DNA of 63,807 bases, counting the filler, from Pelomyxa schiedti (Eukaryota; Protista; Evosea): NCBI GenBank assembly GCA_020536535.1. It is 10 parts of 10 records of this genome, joined end to end, with 100 filler letters (N's around TTAATTAATTAA, not from the genome) between each part and the next. Parts side by side here need not be neighbours in the genome. Positions count along the whole stretch, not along the records: positions 29,077 to 35,834 come from JAHLWZ010001396.1; positions 35,935 to 42,682 come from JAHLWZ010000188.1; positions 42,783 to 62,530 come from JAHLWZ010001101.1; 7 more parts are not named here. The stretch is one strand, 5' to 3'. The notes under the pieces are model-generated. The model was not told the DNA's origin. It did no database searches and worked only from the letters and a program-made list of their open reading frames with translations. Positions 31,842 to 43,676 of the stretch are shown piece by piece; within the stretch, counting starts at the first letter, position 1, and every line of letters begins with the position of its first letter. The position numbers and the translations under genes were made by a program.

Positions 31842-33023
31842 ATGGAGGTTGTTGTGTGGGGACGTGACCAGTTGGTTGCATTCGGAGGTGGTGTGATCGA
31901 CAGGTGTGGACAACACAGTGCAGTGCGTTTTCTGGGGCGTCAGCTGTGTGAGGAATTCGGGCGGCGGTGGGTCGTTGGGTGTTGCAGCCAAGTGGGGGCC
32001 ACTCTGACTTGTGAACTCAAGGCAGAGTCATTGCTACAATCGTACAGGTCGGTACCGTTGGTTTCTGCGAGGAGGAAAGTGCATCTGTTCATGGGATTGA
32101 GTGCAACTCTGGGCGTGGTGTGGTGCAGGGTGTGGAGTGGCTCTGATAATGAAGTGATGGGGCCGGCTGACTGCTGGACGGTCGTGCAGACTGTGGGCGA
32201 TGAAAGGTTCTTGGTGACCAACAGTTCTGTTGGAGAGGATGGAACTTATGTAGTTGACAGCAGTGGAGGTGTTGTGGCACAGCTGGGCCTCCTGGAGGGA
32301 TTGGTGCCAGGTTCTGACATCTGGGTAAGTAACCGCAAGTGGCTTGTTGGTGCGGATGTACCGTCTTGGGAGGGTTCACTGCTAAGGGTGTGGAGGATGA
32401 GCAAGGGGATCCCCGTTGGTGCTGGTGTTTGTGTTACCTGCACTGTGCGAATCACTGGAACCAGGTTCTCCCCTTGCAGTCCGGACAGTGATGAGCTTGC
32501 TGTTGTCGGCCAAAGTTCTACCGGTTGTGGATGCCTGTCCTTTGTTGACCTTGATAAGAGTGTTGAATCAGGAGTTTCTGTGGTGACGAGGAAGTACCTC
32601 CTGCCCCAGTCAGATCCATTCGATCTGGTGTGGATTTCCCCTGACACAATCCTCACAATGCACATGGGTAAGCTGCACAACAGTGTTTATAATACCAAGA
32701 CCTGTGAGTGGCATGTGTTCCCTTCCACTTCAGGTGGCGGGTGCCTGGCCCCAATCCCACCTTCACACATCAGTGTAAACCCAAGGCCCGGCAGCACTGC
32801 GACTGGAGTGTACAGGGCCACTGACCTGATTCATCCAGTTTGTTTTTGGGATGGACAGATTACTTGTTCAGATTGCAGAATCTATGCAACCACTGGCTCT
32901 GGAACTACAGAAGCACCCATGGATGTACAGACATCAATGTTGCTGGTGTCAGTGCATGATGCCATCACAGGCCTGAAAATTGGAAGGCTCACAGTGACAC
33001 TGCCATCAATACTTGGTTGCTAG
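31842..33023 (+). CDS. Expanded family member (subfamily 'VIDRCG'), intronless
   Basis: MEVVVWGRDQLVAFGGGVIDRCGQHS..EFGRRWVV..GLSATLGVV..NRKWLV..VDLDKS..VHDAITG. Confidence 0.75.
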   Translation: MEVVVWGRDQLVAFGGGVIDRCGQHSAVRFLGRQLCEEFGRRWVVGCCSQVGATLTCELKAESLLQSYRSVPLVSARRKVHLFMGLSATLGVVWCRVWSGSDNEVMGPADCWTVVQTVGDERFLVTNSSVGEDGTYVVDSSGGVVAQLGLLEGLVPGSDIWVSNRKWLVGADVPSWEGSLLRVWRMSKGIPVGAGVCVTCTVRITGTRFSPCSPDSDELAVVGQSSTGCGCLSFVDLDKSVESGVSVVTRKYLLPQSDPFDLVWISPDTILTMHMGKLHNSVYNTKTCEWHVFPSTSGGGCLAPIPPSHISVNPRPGSTATGVYRATDLIHPVCFWDGQITCSDCRIYATTGSGTTEAPMDVQTSMLLVSVHDAITGLKIGRLTVTLPSILGC

Positions 33024-33085
33024 CAAACCTCCTGGGTTACACAAACTGATCATTTTTGAACTTAATGCACAGAGCAACACAAAAA

Positions 33086-33847
33086 TCACAGGATGTTGCA
33101 GCCACCACCACCATTCTTTGAGGTCGATGATGACCTCTTGGCAGGTGGGTAATAGACATTATAGGCACACCTGATTGCCTCGTCAAACACATCCTTGAGG
33201 CCCTTCTGTGTCAGTGCGGAGCACTCCATGTACTTGATGGCGTTTATCTCCTTGGCCTTGGCCAGCCCCTGCTCGTAGGTTATGGGAGTGGCTGCCTTTA
33301 CCTCGGCGTGTGGGGCCTCACTGAAGCCATCGCGGAGGTCGGTTTTTGTTCCCACGAGGAGCCGCATGGCCTTGGGGCAATGATGGGACATCTCAGGGTA
33401 CCACTTGCTGCTCACGTTCTCGTGCGACGATGGGCTGATCACTGAGAACACAACAAGGAACATGTCTGTCGATATATATGAACGAGGCCTCTTTTGGAAG
33501 AGAAAGGGAGCAGTTTGAGATGCTAAGAAGGAGGTTGTGTATGTTTGCTGTGTGAAGGTGATAGACACGCGTTTTACACGTTTTCATTTGCTACTGGTTA
33601 TTATTAGACAAAAGTGTTTGGCAATAACGGGAAAAGAAACAAATAAACAGAATACAATGTTGTCATCGTCCTCTGTGTCCATGAATGCTACATTGTACAC
33701 CCCGCCATCAATCAAGCGGTTCGAAATGCATTCATAGAACGCAGTGGGCACGTAGTCTGTGGGAAAAGCGTTTGTAGTGTAGCTGATCAACATGCACGTC
33801 TTGCCCACGCCACTGTCCCCAACAACAACGAACTTGATCGCCTGCAT
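33086..33847 (-). CDS. Atypical Rac/Rho-family GTPase, one intron, CaaX
   Basis: [43 protein letters not shown]|[43 protein letters not shown]. Confidence 0.9.
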
Positions 33848-33894
33848 TCAACGAACTTGCGGTTTGTGATTGAATTTCGGAAGGAGGTTGTTTT

Positions 33895-34290
33895 TTGTTT
33901 TTGTTTCCTCCGTCACCAGCACCGCCAAACAGGATACTCCCTGTTCCTCATTTCTTGCCTTGGTCAAACCGACCGTGTTAGATGTCACCCGAGCCCTCAG
34001 GTGACATCCACGTTCCCACGCCGTGCCACTTGTCCCTGTCCCACTCCCCCTCATACACCGTCACCGCCGCCGCCGCCGCTGCTGCGGCTCCTCCCCCTTT
34101 CTCGCCCTCCTGCTCCTCCTCCTTTGCACACCCCACCCCTGCATCTCGTTATCGTCCGTTGCTGGGTTCCACGCCCACTCGCCGTCGTGGACATCGGCGC
34201 CGTCGTGCCACTCTCCGTCCCAGGTGCCGCCGTCGGGCCACCTGTGCGCCCCTCGGCCGTGCATGACTCCGTCGAGCCACACGCCGTGTC
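33895..34290 (-). pseudogene. MORN-repeat gene remnant
   Basis: WLDGVMHGRGAHRWPDGGTWDGEWHDG..MQGWG, frameshift, then VYEGEWDRDKWHGVGTW..DI*HGRFDQGKK*GTG with in-frame stops. Confidence 0.7.
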
Positions 34291-34536
34291 TTCATCAATC
34301 ACGTGACTTGAATGCATTCTCTGACCAGCCCGTACAATCCCAAAAAGAACTTCGAACTCGAGAAGGACAACTGGGAACTATCAAAGGCAGCCATAATAAA
34401 TGCTCCAAAGATAACATCAACGCCGCACAACGTTTGTTGTTATGGTAATGAATATCATTTTTATTAAAAAATTTCACAGGGTGCATCAGTGGATGGTGGT
34501 TGATGATGGGAAGATGGAGATGAGTGATCACCACAC

Positions 34537-35834
34537 TCACAATAAACCCCTGACACGCCAGCTAAATTCCATGCCGGATCTGGGGAAAACCAGAGAAAAC
34601 ACAAAGTGGCCTGATGACTCCTCAGTCACTTCCAAGTGGTAACTGGAGGTGTGGACCAGGAACCCTGACTGGGCATACACCTCAGAACATCCATCCCTGT
34701 GTTTGATGGTCCTAAGTGGCTTTGAAGTGTCGTTGATGTCCCAAATCTCGCAGCAGTGTTTCCTTGACAAACAGAGCCGGGAGTGATTGAGCTGTGTCAC
34801 TCGCAGAAAATCTCCTCTGGAACCTGTTGCTATTTCTGCTGCGTTTCCTGTGCCCTCTTCAATCTCTGACAGAACACTACCAGGACCAATCACCGTCACA
34901 CCAATGAACGAACGCTGCCCATTTCTCTTCTGCAGTAGAGAAACTTCTGTTGAAGAAGTGAAACTTAAGTTTGTGGAACTCCTCACAACCAGAGTTCCAT
35001 AGTTGTATGTCTGTGGCACATCAATAACCAACATCTCCAGCTCGTTTTTGGAAAAGCACAATCCAAGGAGCACTTCATCTTCGTTGAACTTGTTGAAGAA
35101 AAACTGCCCCCCAGCGAGAAGTGGGGACTTTAGGGGAACAGCGACTCTGTGGAAAATCCCCTCGTTATCACTTTCCTCTCTGCTATCCACTTTGCACATT
35201 TCGGCAATGACCAGCTCCATCCTGCTGGACTTACTGCTGCTTCCGCTGGCATCGCAACTGTGATGCGTGATAGGCAGCCACCGCCAATACACAAGCCACT
35301 TCCCATTGGCAATAACATCACAGGCACACACAGTCCTCCCCCACAGAATCCTGTTCCTCTCAGGATTGTCAATGTTCACAAGCAACTGTGACCCGCGATG
35401 CACGCGCCCGTTGTATCCCATAATGGCGTAGATGCGCGACCCGCGCTCGCGGGGCACTTCCTCCGGCTCCCAAGCGTGGTTGTTGTCAATCACACGCCCG
35501 TTGCACGATAAGGAAGAAGGATTCACAGGCCTCCTCCTCAGTCCCCTTGTGATTCCAAGCAAAAATGGAGAAAATGCCAAAGATAGAACTGTCATGTGGG
35601 AGTTGAAATGTCTGAGGCCAACTTCGACGTCGATTTGCACGTCGGTGGCCGGCGAGCAGCCGCAGAGCTCCCACAATTGGAAAAGCACGGCGCTGGTCAG
35701 GGCCGAAGAGGGCGGCGACGGCCGGGCGACTGCGGCGATCGCCGTGAGCGAGCCGCACCGAGGGTGGGAGGCCATCGCGAAGGCGAGGAACTGGTCTCGG
35801 GCCAGGATGGGGATTATGGGAATGCAAGTTCCCT
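34537..35834 (-). CDS. Expanded family member, intronless, start off contig
   Basis: ILARDQFLAFAMASHPRCGS..ANGKWLV..FFFNKFNEDE..IDVPQTY..EIWDINDTSKPLR..QSGFL. Confidence 0.8.
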
Positions 35835-36221
35835 NNNNNNNNNNNNNNNNNNNNNNNNNNNNNNNNNNNNNNNNNNNNTTAATTAATTAANNNNNNNNNN
35901 NNNNNNNNNNNNNNNNNNNNNNNNNNNNNNNNNNTGAAGCACGTTGTTGGGGGCTCTGGGTTCTTGTTTGCAGTGAGTGACAAGGAGATACAGGTGATGG
36001 AGGCGCTCTCTGGTTCCGTTCTCATGTCAATCGAACCCTCCTCATTTGGCAGTCCCCAAATAGATCCAGCTGTTTCTCTGTTGTGAGGAGCCTCAGACAG
36101 AACTCGAAGTTCGATTGATCAATTCTCCGAGAAGGAGAATTCAGGGTGTCAAACAACCGCGAAACATTGATTTTATTTGATTTGTTCCCCGAAAGAAGGG
36201 ATGTGGTTGGTAGGTTTCGAG

Positions 36222-37484
36222 TCACAACAAAGAGGCCAACCTGTTGATTTGATCAACAGCGCACGTGACAACAAATGTGAGGAGAGGAGTGCCGGTTAAT
36301 GCCTCAATCACAGTGACCTTGTTGCCACCCGCGAGCACGAACAGGAAACCACTCCCCCCAACAACTTGTTGGATGCCACTGTCACCACCACCCCCGGTGA
36401 TGCAGACTGACCTCAGTGGGTGTGCTGTGTTGTGGCAGTCCCACAGTTGGTATTCGTTTCTGCAGCACACACAGAACAGTGAGGAACTCACTTGTGACAA
36501 GTTGTTGCATTCTGTTGCCAACTGCGTGGCTCCGCCAGTTGATGTCTCAACCAAGAGGAGAAGCAAAACCCTTTGGAACTCCTGGGAAAGTACGTGCACA
36601 TTGACAACATAAACAACCTCACCACTCAGCCTCCTCAAGATAATGGCCTCTTGGTACAAATTCCTCGTGGGAAAGGAACACCTTGTTGAGTTCAGAACAA
36701 CCAAGTCATTGGTCTCGTGTGTCTGAGCAACATCAATCAGTGCAAAATGTGCTTCACCCGCATAAGCACCCCATGCCAATGCCTCATCTGGATGTTCCTT
36801 GTCCACAACTACATCATAGATACCAGGGAATGCATTCCTGTAACAAGTAACCACAACAGGCGTTTCCCTAGCTTCCGGTGGCTTCTCAGGATTCTGGAAC
36901 TCTTGCGGGATGGCAGTGATGCTCAGCGTCTGTTCCCCATTGAAAAACGGAATCTCCCGAACAATGAGCCACCTCCCGTTGGCAGCATACGCGCAGCGGT
37001 ACTGCTCCCCCAGCACGCACACACTCTCCTCATGCCGGTCAGGATGCACAAGCAGCAGCTCCCTGGAGAACGTCCGCCTCAGGACCCTGTGCAGCAGATA
37101 CACCCCAGGACCCAGCCAGTGCGCGTAATCCTCGCCCACGTGAACGGCACGCGGCTCCTGCGTGACGCCCAGCGTGAAGCGCGACACACCAAAGCACACG
37201 CTCACGCGGACGTTGTCGTCGCCGTTGCTCGGTGGGTCCGTTGCAACGACGAGGCAAAGGGACGCGTCGGGCGCCGCCACGAAGCTGCGCCACATTGACA
37301 GGACCAGCGGGGAGTTGGAGACGAGCAGCCTGGCCGGGCTGTTGCACCCGCACCGCGGGACCGACGATGCCAAAAGGGCGAGAAACTGGCCACGGCTGGT
37401 GTTTATGTACGACGTGTACGTCGTTTCTGTTGGTTTTTGTGCACAACGTTGTTGTGGCGGGTATTTGTCTGCCTGCTGTTGCAT
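36222..37484 (-). CDS. Expanded family member, intronless, 420 aa
   Basis: SRGQFLALLASSVPRCGCNSPAR..FGVSRFTLGV..ANGRWL..HPDEAL..SQVSSSLFC..LWDCHN..PLR..SGFLF. Confidence 0.8.
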   Translation of the reverse strand: MQQQADKYPPQQRCAQKPTETTYTSYINTSRGQFLALLASSVPRCGCNSPARLLVSNSPLVLSMWRSFVAAPDASLCLVVATDPPSNGDDNVRVSVCFGVSRFTLGVTQEPRAVHVGEDYAHWLGPGVYLLHRVLRRTFSRELLLVHPDRHEESVCVLGEQYRCAYAANGRWLIVREIPFFNGEQTLSITAIPQEFQNPEKPPEARETPVVVTCYRNAFPGIYDVVVDKEHPDEALAWGAYAGEAHFALIDVAQTHETNDLVVLNSTRCSFPTRNLYQEAIILRRLSGEVVYVVNVHVLSQEFQRVLLLLLVETSTGGATQLATECNNLSQVSSSLFCVCCRNEYQLWDCHNTAHPLRSVCITGGGGDSGIQQVVGGSGFLFVLAGGNKVTVIEALTGTPLLTFVVTCAVDQINRLASLL

Positions 37485-37868
37485 TGTCTGTTGATTGCCA
37501 ATTTGAATTCGTTATTGTGATGACTCCCCAAAAAGGGAATCACGGAGTCAGCCCTGAGAAACCCTCAGAAGTCGGACAACTTCTGGGAATTCAATGGCAC
37601 ATGATGCTGTGCTGTGCATCATGGTTCATAGTGAATAATTGGAATTCATGAGAGACAGGGCTTATAAGCGACACCACTGTCACCACAAACTCCACCAGAT
37701 CAATTAAAATAAATAAATACTTTGTTCCTCCTTATCTCGCTACAAACATATTTGTCACTCCCCGTTAGGGACACAACTCACACTATCGTTTTTTTACTGT
37801 AAAAAGTTTTTGATGCAGTGTGGCAAAAAGACTACCTCCTGATGGGGGAGACTTTTCGCTTGTGAGTG

Positions 37869-38454
37869 TCACTCAGAGTTACTGTTGCTGCTACTGCTGC
37901 TCTCAATGTCACTGCTACTTTCCCCACGGAGAGGGTCAAACCCCAGTGTCTTGATGGTGATCTTCACAGCCAGTGGCGTGGCTGTGGCCCAGTTCAGCAT
38001 GTACTTCTTGGCAAAAGAGGCTGTGATTTGTGGAAAAACACGCAGGATCATCTTCCAAAATCTTGATTCAACTTCATTGTGGCCCCATGAGACATTCATT
38101 TCTGCAACCTGTAGTATGGTATACCACTTTTGTTGTTACTTGTTGGCTCATACCTCAGACAAAGTGACATTAAACTCGTGGATTATCCACTCTGCACAAC
38201 TTGTTTTGTTGACTAAAATCACCAGAGCAAGGAGGTAGTTGCACTTCGCCTTGACTTGTTGCTCATTCAAATGGAAATGTTGAAGGACCCACTTGACTAC
38301 TTTTCCAGATTTCACATAACAATGAGAGTGGGCCAAAGCCTCCAGGAAATCTGCTTCTGATAAGTCACCAGAAGCAACAAGTTGTTTGGCTTGGGAGATG
38401 TTTGCCTTGGAAAAAATGAGTTGGCAGGCTGCCCTTTTTGTCTCAGAGGAAAGT
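37869..38454 (-). repeat. Near-identical duplicate of the 3' end of the ankyrin-like gene (39081-39660)
   Basis: Same exons and intron (LSSETKRAACQLIF..FNVTL|VAEMN.SWGH..SNSE*) with scattered substitutions. Confidence 0.85.
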
Positions 38455-38554
38455 NNNNNNNNNNNNNNNNNNNNNNNNNNNNNNNNNNNNNNNNNNNNNN
38501 NNNNNNNNNNNNNNNNNNNNNNNNNNNNNNNNNNNNNNNNNNNNNNNNNNNNNN

Positions 38555-38808
38555 CAACGACGAGGCAAAGGGACGCGTCGGGCGCCGCCACGAAGCTGCG
38601 CCACATTGACAGGACCAGCGGGGAGTTGGAGACGAGCAGCCTGGCCGGGCTGTTGCACCCGCACCGCGGGACCGAGGATGCCAAAAGGGCGAGAAACTGG
38701 CCACGGCTGGTGTTTATGTACGACGTGTACGTCGTTTCTGTTGGTTTTTGTGCACAACGTTGTTGTGGCGGGTATTTAACTGCCTGCTGTTGCATTGTCT
38801 GTTGATTG
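38555..38808 (-). repeat. Near-identical duplicate of the 5' end of gene 36222-37484
   Basis: Matches ~37244-37497 with a few SNPs (MQQQAVKYPP vs MQQQADKYPP). Cut by the N100 gap. Confidence 0.85.
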
Positions 38809-39080
38809 TCAATTGAAGATCGATCTGGAAGTTTCAAGTTTTCACACTCTCAGGCCTTGAAAATTAATGAGGCATGTTGTGCTGTACAGCCGACCACTCG
38901 AGTCGAGATGAACATCTTCACCAAGATTTTGAGAGACCACGTGATCATTTTTCGCGGAATGAGAATTTCTCTCCAATCAAACGGCATCCTACACTGTTTG
39001 TTCGTTGCCACCATGGTGGTGAAGTCGTTTTTTCACTTTAAGTTTTTGATGGGGTGTGGGGGACTTTTCTCAAGTGACAC

Positions 39081-41405
39081 TCACTCAGAGTTACTGTTGC
39101 TGCTACTGCTATCAATGTCACTGCTACTTTCCTGACGGAGAGGGTCAAACCCCAGTGTCTTGATGGTGATCTTCACAGCCAGTGGCGTGGCTGTTGCCCA
39201 GTTCAGCATGTGCTTCTTGGCAAAAGAGGCTGTGATTTGTGGAAAAGCACGCAGGATCATCTTCCAAAATCTTGATTCCACTTCATAGTGGCCCCATGAG
39301 GCATTCATTTCTGCAACCTGCAGTATGTTACCACTTTTGTTGTTACTTTTGGCTCATACCTCAGGCAAAGTGACATTAAACTCGTGGATTATCCACTCTG
39401 CACAACTTGTTTTGTTGACTAAAATCACCAGAGCGAGGAGGTAGTTGCACTTCGCCTTGACTTGTTGCTCGTTCAAATGGAAATGTTGAATGACCCACTT
39501 GACTACTTTTCCAGATTTCACATAACAATGAGAGTGGGTCAAAGCCTCCAGGAAATCTGCTTCTGATAAGTCACCAGAAGCAACAAGTTGTTTGGCTTGG
39601 GAGATGTTTGCCTTGGAAAAAATGAGTTGGCAGGCTGCCCTTTTTGTCTCAGAGGAAAGTTGAATGTTGAAGGACTTGAGCAAAAGCAGTACTAGGTGCA
39701 GGCTTGTACGGCAAGGAAAAAGAAAGAAGCTCACTTGGGATTGAACCACGTGCTCACTGACGTTGTGCAGTGTGGCATGGGAAAGAAACCACTGCAACCC
39801 TCTGACTCCACAGTTTATGTCATGGCAGATGTTGCTGAAAGCCCCTCCTGCTGCGCCAGGCATTGCATTCACAGAGTCCATGACATGGAACTCTGCTTCC
39901 AACCAGTCTGCAACTGATGTGTTGTTGCTGCCAAGTGCCTTGACCAGGCACTCTCTAAGTTGGTTGTTGGTGAGGGGTGGTGGTGTTACTTTGGGTAACA
40001 GGAAAAGCAGCACCGACACACTGTCTTTCTCGTTCCCACATGCTTTGATGAAGGTTTCAGGTGTTATGAGCGCACCAATGGTTGGGAACTGTTTCAGTGA
40101 CCACTCAAGGAGATTGGGGTCTGATAAGTGGCAGCACCTCTCAAGAAGTAAACCCATCTCTCTTGGATCAGGGAAATTTCTGACCCACCACCTGACTGTT
40201 TCAGAATCAAGATGTGACTGATCCAAAGGGGAAAGATCTATGGACAATAAGGATTTCTCCTTCAGCCAGTCACAGCACTCCTTGATCTTGTTGAAGGGGC
40301 TTTTCAGAAAGGCATAGATATCCGTCTCCTTGAACTCTGGATGTCCATAATCTTCATAATGGAACCAGTCTGCACACAGCTTCATAACTTCCAAGCTTGT
40401 GCTGAAGAAAAGCTCCCCTGCTGTAGGTGGCTCCTCAATAGGACCAGATGACCTCGACCTTATGCAAGCAGTAACAGCACAAGTGGATGATGCCAGCCAC
40501 TTAACAACATCAGAGTGGCCCTTGAGCACGGCAACAATGAACGGCACCACGAGCCCCATCCCATCCTTGTCAACACCAAATGTGGATATCACCCACTTGA
40601 CAGCTTCCAGGTGTCCACCACGGCACGCCTCGAACAGCAGGCTGTGTGTCGTTACTGTTCCAGGCACCTCCCTGATTTCCTCAGCAATTTCTCTCCTTCC
40701 ATAGACAGGCCACCTGAGTGCACCACCCCTCCATGGTGCGTCCCCACTCTCAAAGAGCTCTTGTGCAAGCCCCATGTGTCCTCCTGTAATTTTCACAATT
40801 GATTAGCCTGAAGGTCATGAATGGTAACCCTGAACCCATCTCCCCTTTCATTTTATTTTATTATTATTTATTATTATTATTTTTTTGACATAATAATAAG
40901 AATTAAATTTATGTGGTTACTTTCATGCTAAAGTGTGAGACACTTTGACAATAATATTATTATTATTAACATACATACCAGCACACAGCCCCTTGAGCAC
41001 CGCGACGCACTCCCTCACATTGTTCCTGGTAACTTTGTTTCTGAGAATCCACTCGATGCACCTCGTGCTGCCCGCCGTCGCGGCGCACTGGAGCACCGCG
41101 TACCGCGACGTGCGCTCGGTCGGCGACCCCCCGCCGGCGATCCTGCCGGTCTCCTCGCTCAGGGCCGACGCGCCCATAATGGCCCGGCACGCCCTGGGCA
41201 CCAGCGGGAACAGGGCCTCGGCCACCGCCATCACCCACACGCAGTCGTCGGCGGGGACGGCCGGGCCGGCTTCGGCGATCCGGGCCATCACGGGGGAAGG
41301 GGCGACGATGTGGTCCCAAACGACGCGCGACACCATCATGGTGTGTGCAACTGCACCGCCCTGCTCCCCTTGATGTAATCGTGTGCGAGTGTGGTGGCTG
41401 TGCAT
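39081..41405 (-). CDS. Degenerate ankyrin-repeat protein, 3 exons
   Basis: VSRVVWDH..AAT.GSTRCIEWIL..LKGLCA|GGHMGLAQEL..ACRGGHLEAVKWV..KGHSDVVKWL. Introns at ~40786-40979 and ~39319-39359. Confidence 0.7.
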
Positions 41406-41570
41406 CTTTTCTTGATGGTGTGTTTCACACCTTCCCAGAACAACGATGAACGAACACATCAGAGAACCAATCTTACTCGCTGCCAAAAGTCCTCCCAGTG
41501 ACTGTGATGGGATGCTTACCAAGGTGATGATTGTTCGCTTCAGCACAGAGTCAGTATTGTGATAGACAAC

Positions 41571-42682
41571 TTAAAAAGCAGGCAGTGAGAGTACAGCAAG
41601 GAGTGAACAGGAGGGAACATCAACAATTGTGATTTGTGAGGGGCTTGCCTTCACAGCTACTATTCCTTGCCGTCTGCACATTGGCACAATGAAGACAGCT
41701 CGCGCTGAAGGAACTGACATGAAAGGCCTGGTGAGTTCAGGGAGGAGATAAAAGTGATTATCTTTCGTGGGAGGGAGCTCAGACGCCACAATGACGTAAT
41801 CACTGACACAACTGAGACTCAGGCACCGGTGGAACACGGACTGTTGGGTTTCTTGAGTAGTTATCACCAAGTCAGTACCACGGCATTCTTCGGTGAATAC
41901 AGGGTTGGTGAGGAGTAGGTTGTAGACCAAGAAGTCTGGAAACTGCAATTTGTTGGAAAATACAACACCATTCTGCTGAATACTTTTCTCCAGGTCTAGA
42001 TACCAAACATGAGCACAAACTGGGTGCCAATCCACAGTGCCAACCAAGACCACAGTGTCACTCTGCAAACAAGAACGGCCACCCCACAGGAAGCCACTTG
42101 GCAACCTCGGTAGCAGCACGGCCGCATCGCCAACAAGTGTGCCATTTGTGACTCTCCACACCTCCATCACTTGATTCTCGTCACCTGATCCAGCCACAGA
42201 AACAACAACCAGCCACTTGCAGCTGCACACAGTAAGCTCTGATAGCTTCCTTCCAGGACATGACAGAACCCTCAAAGTGTGGAGCTCCCCATCCATTAAA
42301 TGCACAGAATTGCTATCCCACATTGTGACATAAATTCCCCCTCCAATGCTCCCCACTATCTCCCCATCAGTGGTCCTGCAGTGCACACCCCTGCTGTAAT
42401 CATGGCACCCGCAGTACACTGTGCCCCCAGTGCATGACACCCCCATCCACACATTCACCCTTCGCGACTTTCCACCCGCACTCAGATCAAGCGTGGTACC
42501 AATGTGCCTTGCAGTGCATACCACCCAGGACCTGCCAAACTCGCACAAAGAAGCCAGTGACCCCCTCATGAGTCCCACTGGGCTACGCACTCCGCACCTG
42601 TCAACAATGGCCCCAGTTGCCAGTGCAACGAACTGGTCACGGGCCGATATAACTCCCTCAATAACGGCTGCTTCTGTTGGGG
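41571..42682 (-). CDS. Expanded family member (subfamily 'IVDRCG'), start off contig
   Basis: ISARDQFVALATGAIVDRCGVRSPV..LCEFGRSWVV..GVSCTGG..SCKWLV..LDLEKS. Confidence 0.75.
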
Positions 42683-43155
42683 NNNNNNNNNNNNNNNNNN
42701 NNNNNNNNNNNNNNNNNNNNNNNNNNTTAATTAATTAANNNNNNNNNNNNNNNNNNNNNNNNNNNNNNNNNNNNNNNNNNNNCACAGCTGATGGCGTGGG
42801 CGCCGGCGCTGTTGGGTAAACCTTCACCCCTTCACTCGGTATGTTGCTGCTGTTGTTCCCAACACCGCCGCTCGACGCCTACACATACGTGGGTGCCGAC
42901 ACCAACAGCGACACCAACAGCCTTTCCTGATCGTTTTCGAAAAAACGGAGACTGGACAAATCTGTTGCTGTAGACTGAGGCAGAGTACTGTTGTTGTTGC
43001 CGCCCCTTTTTACTTCCCCCTATTGTTGTACTACCCTGTTGTTTGGTTTCCCGTGACTTTCCAGCCAGAACAGACACCCTTCGATTAATCACGCTCCTGT
43101 GCTGTTTTGATAGTCTCGCCCACAAGGAGACACATTTTCCTTTCGTGCCCACTTC

Positions 43156-43367
43156 CTGAAGTACTTCAGACAGCCGCCCCTTGGGGCGGCTGTTTTGCAC
43201 ATGCTTTTGATAGGACAGCCGCCCAAAAAAAAGGGGCGGCTGTTTTTACAGGAATTTGACAGGCCAAAAAACAGCCGCCCTTTGATCCAGATATGATGCC
43301 CGGGGAACCCGGGAAAACGCCCCCTCTTCCCAGGAATGCCTGGGAAGCAAAAAAAAGTGTTTCCCGG
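43156..43367. repeat. Cluster of palindromes and nested hairpins with 5 copies of ACAGCCGCCC
   Basis: CTGAAGTACTTCAG; ACAGCCGCCCC-TT-GGGGCGGCTGT; ACAGCCGCCC-A8G-GGGCGGCTGT; ACAGCCGCCC; CCGGGAAA..CTTCCCAGG-AATG-CCTGGGAAG..TTTCCCGG. Confidence 0.8.
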
Positions 43368-43676
43368 CCAACACTGTGTGGAACTCAGACTACTCCCACA
43401 ATTTGAAGTCCAGGATTCTGATTTTTATTCGAGGAGGGTGGAAGAAAGATCTTCAACTTTTATGCAAGTGGACATCATTTGCTGTCGTAAGGCAGTTTTT
43501 TCACTGTTTTCACCCGCAAAGCGTGGTGCTGTTTCCATCAAACATTCCTTTGATTGGAGACAGTTTTTCAAAAATCAAACCAATTCCTGCTTTTTATCTG
43601 TCTTCTTTCTTCTTTCTTTTCTCGCACAATCATCATCAAAACAAAATTTCCGTGAATGAAACCATAGTTTTCATCC

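Noticed and set aside
33895-34060. Stop-codon reassignment (in-frame TAA and TGA in MORN repeats)
   Set aside because: TAA, TAG and TGA all end intact genes in this window, and the fragment is also frameshifted.
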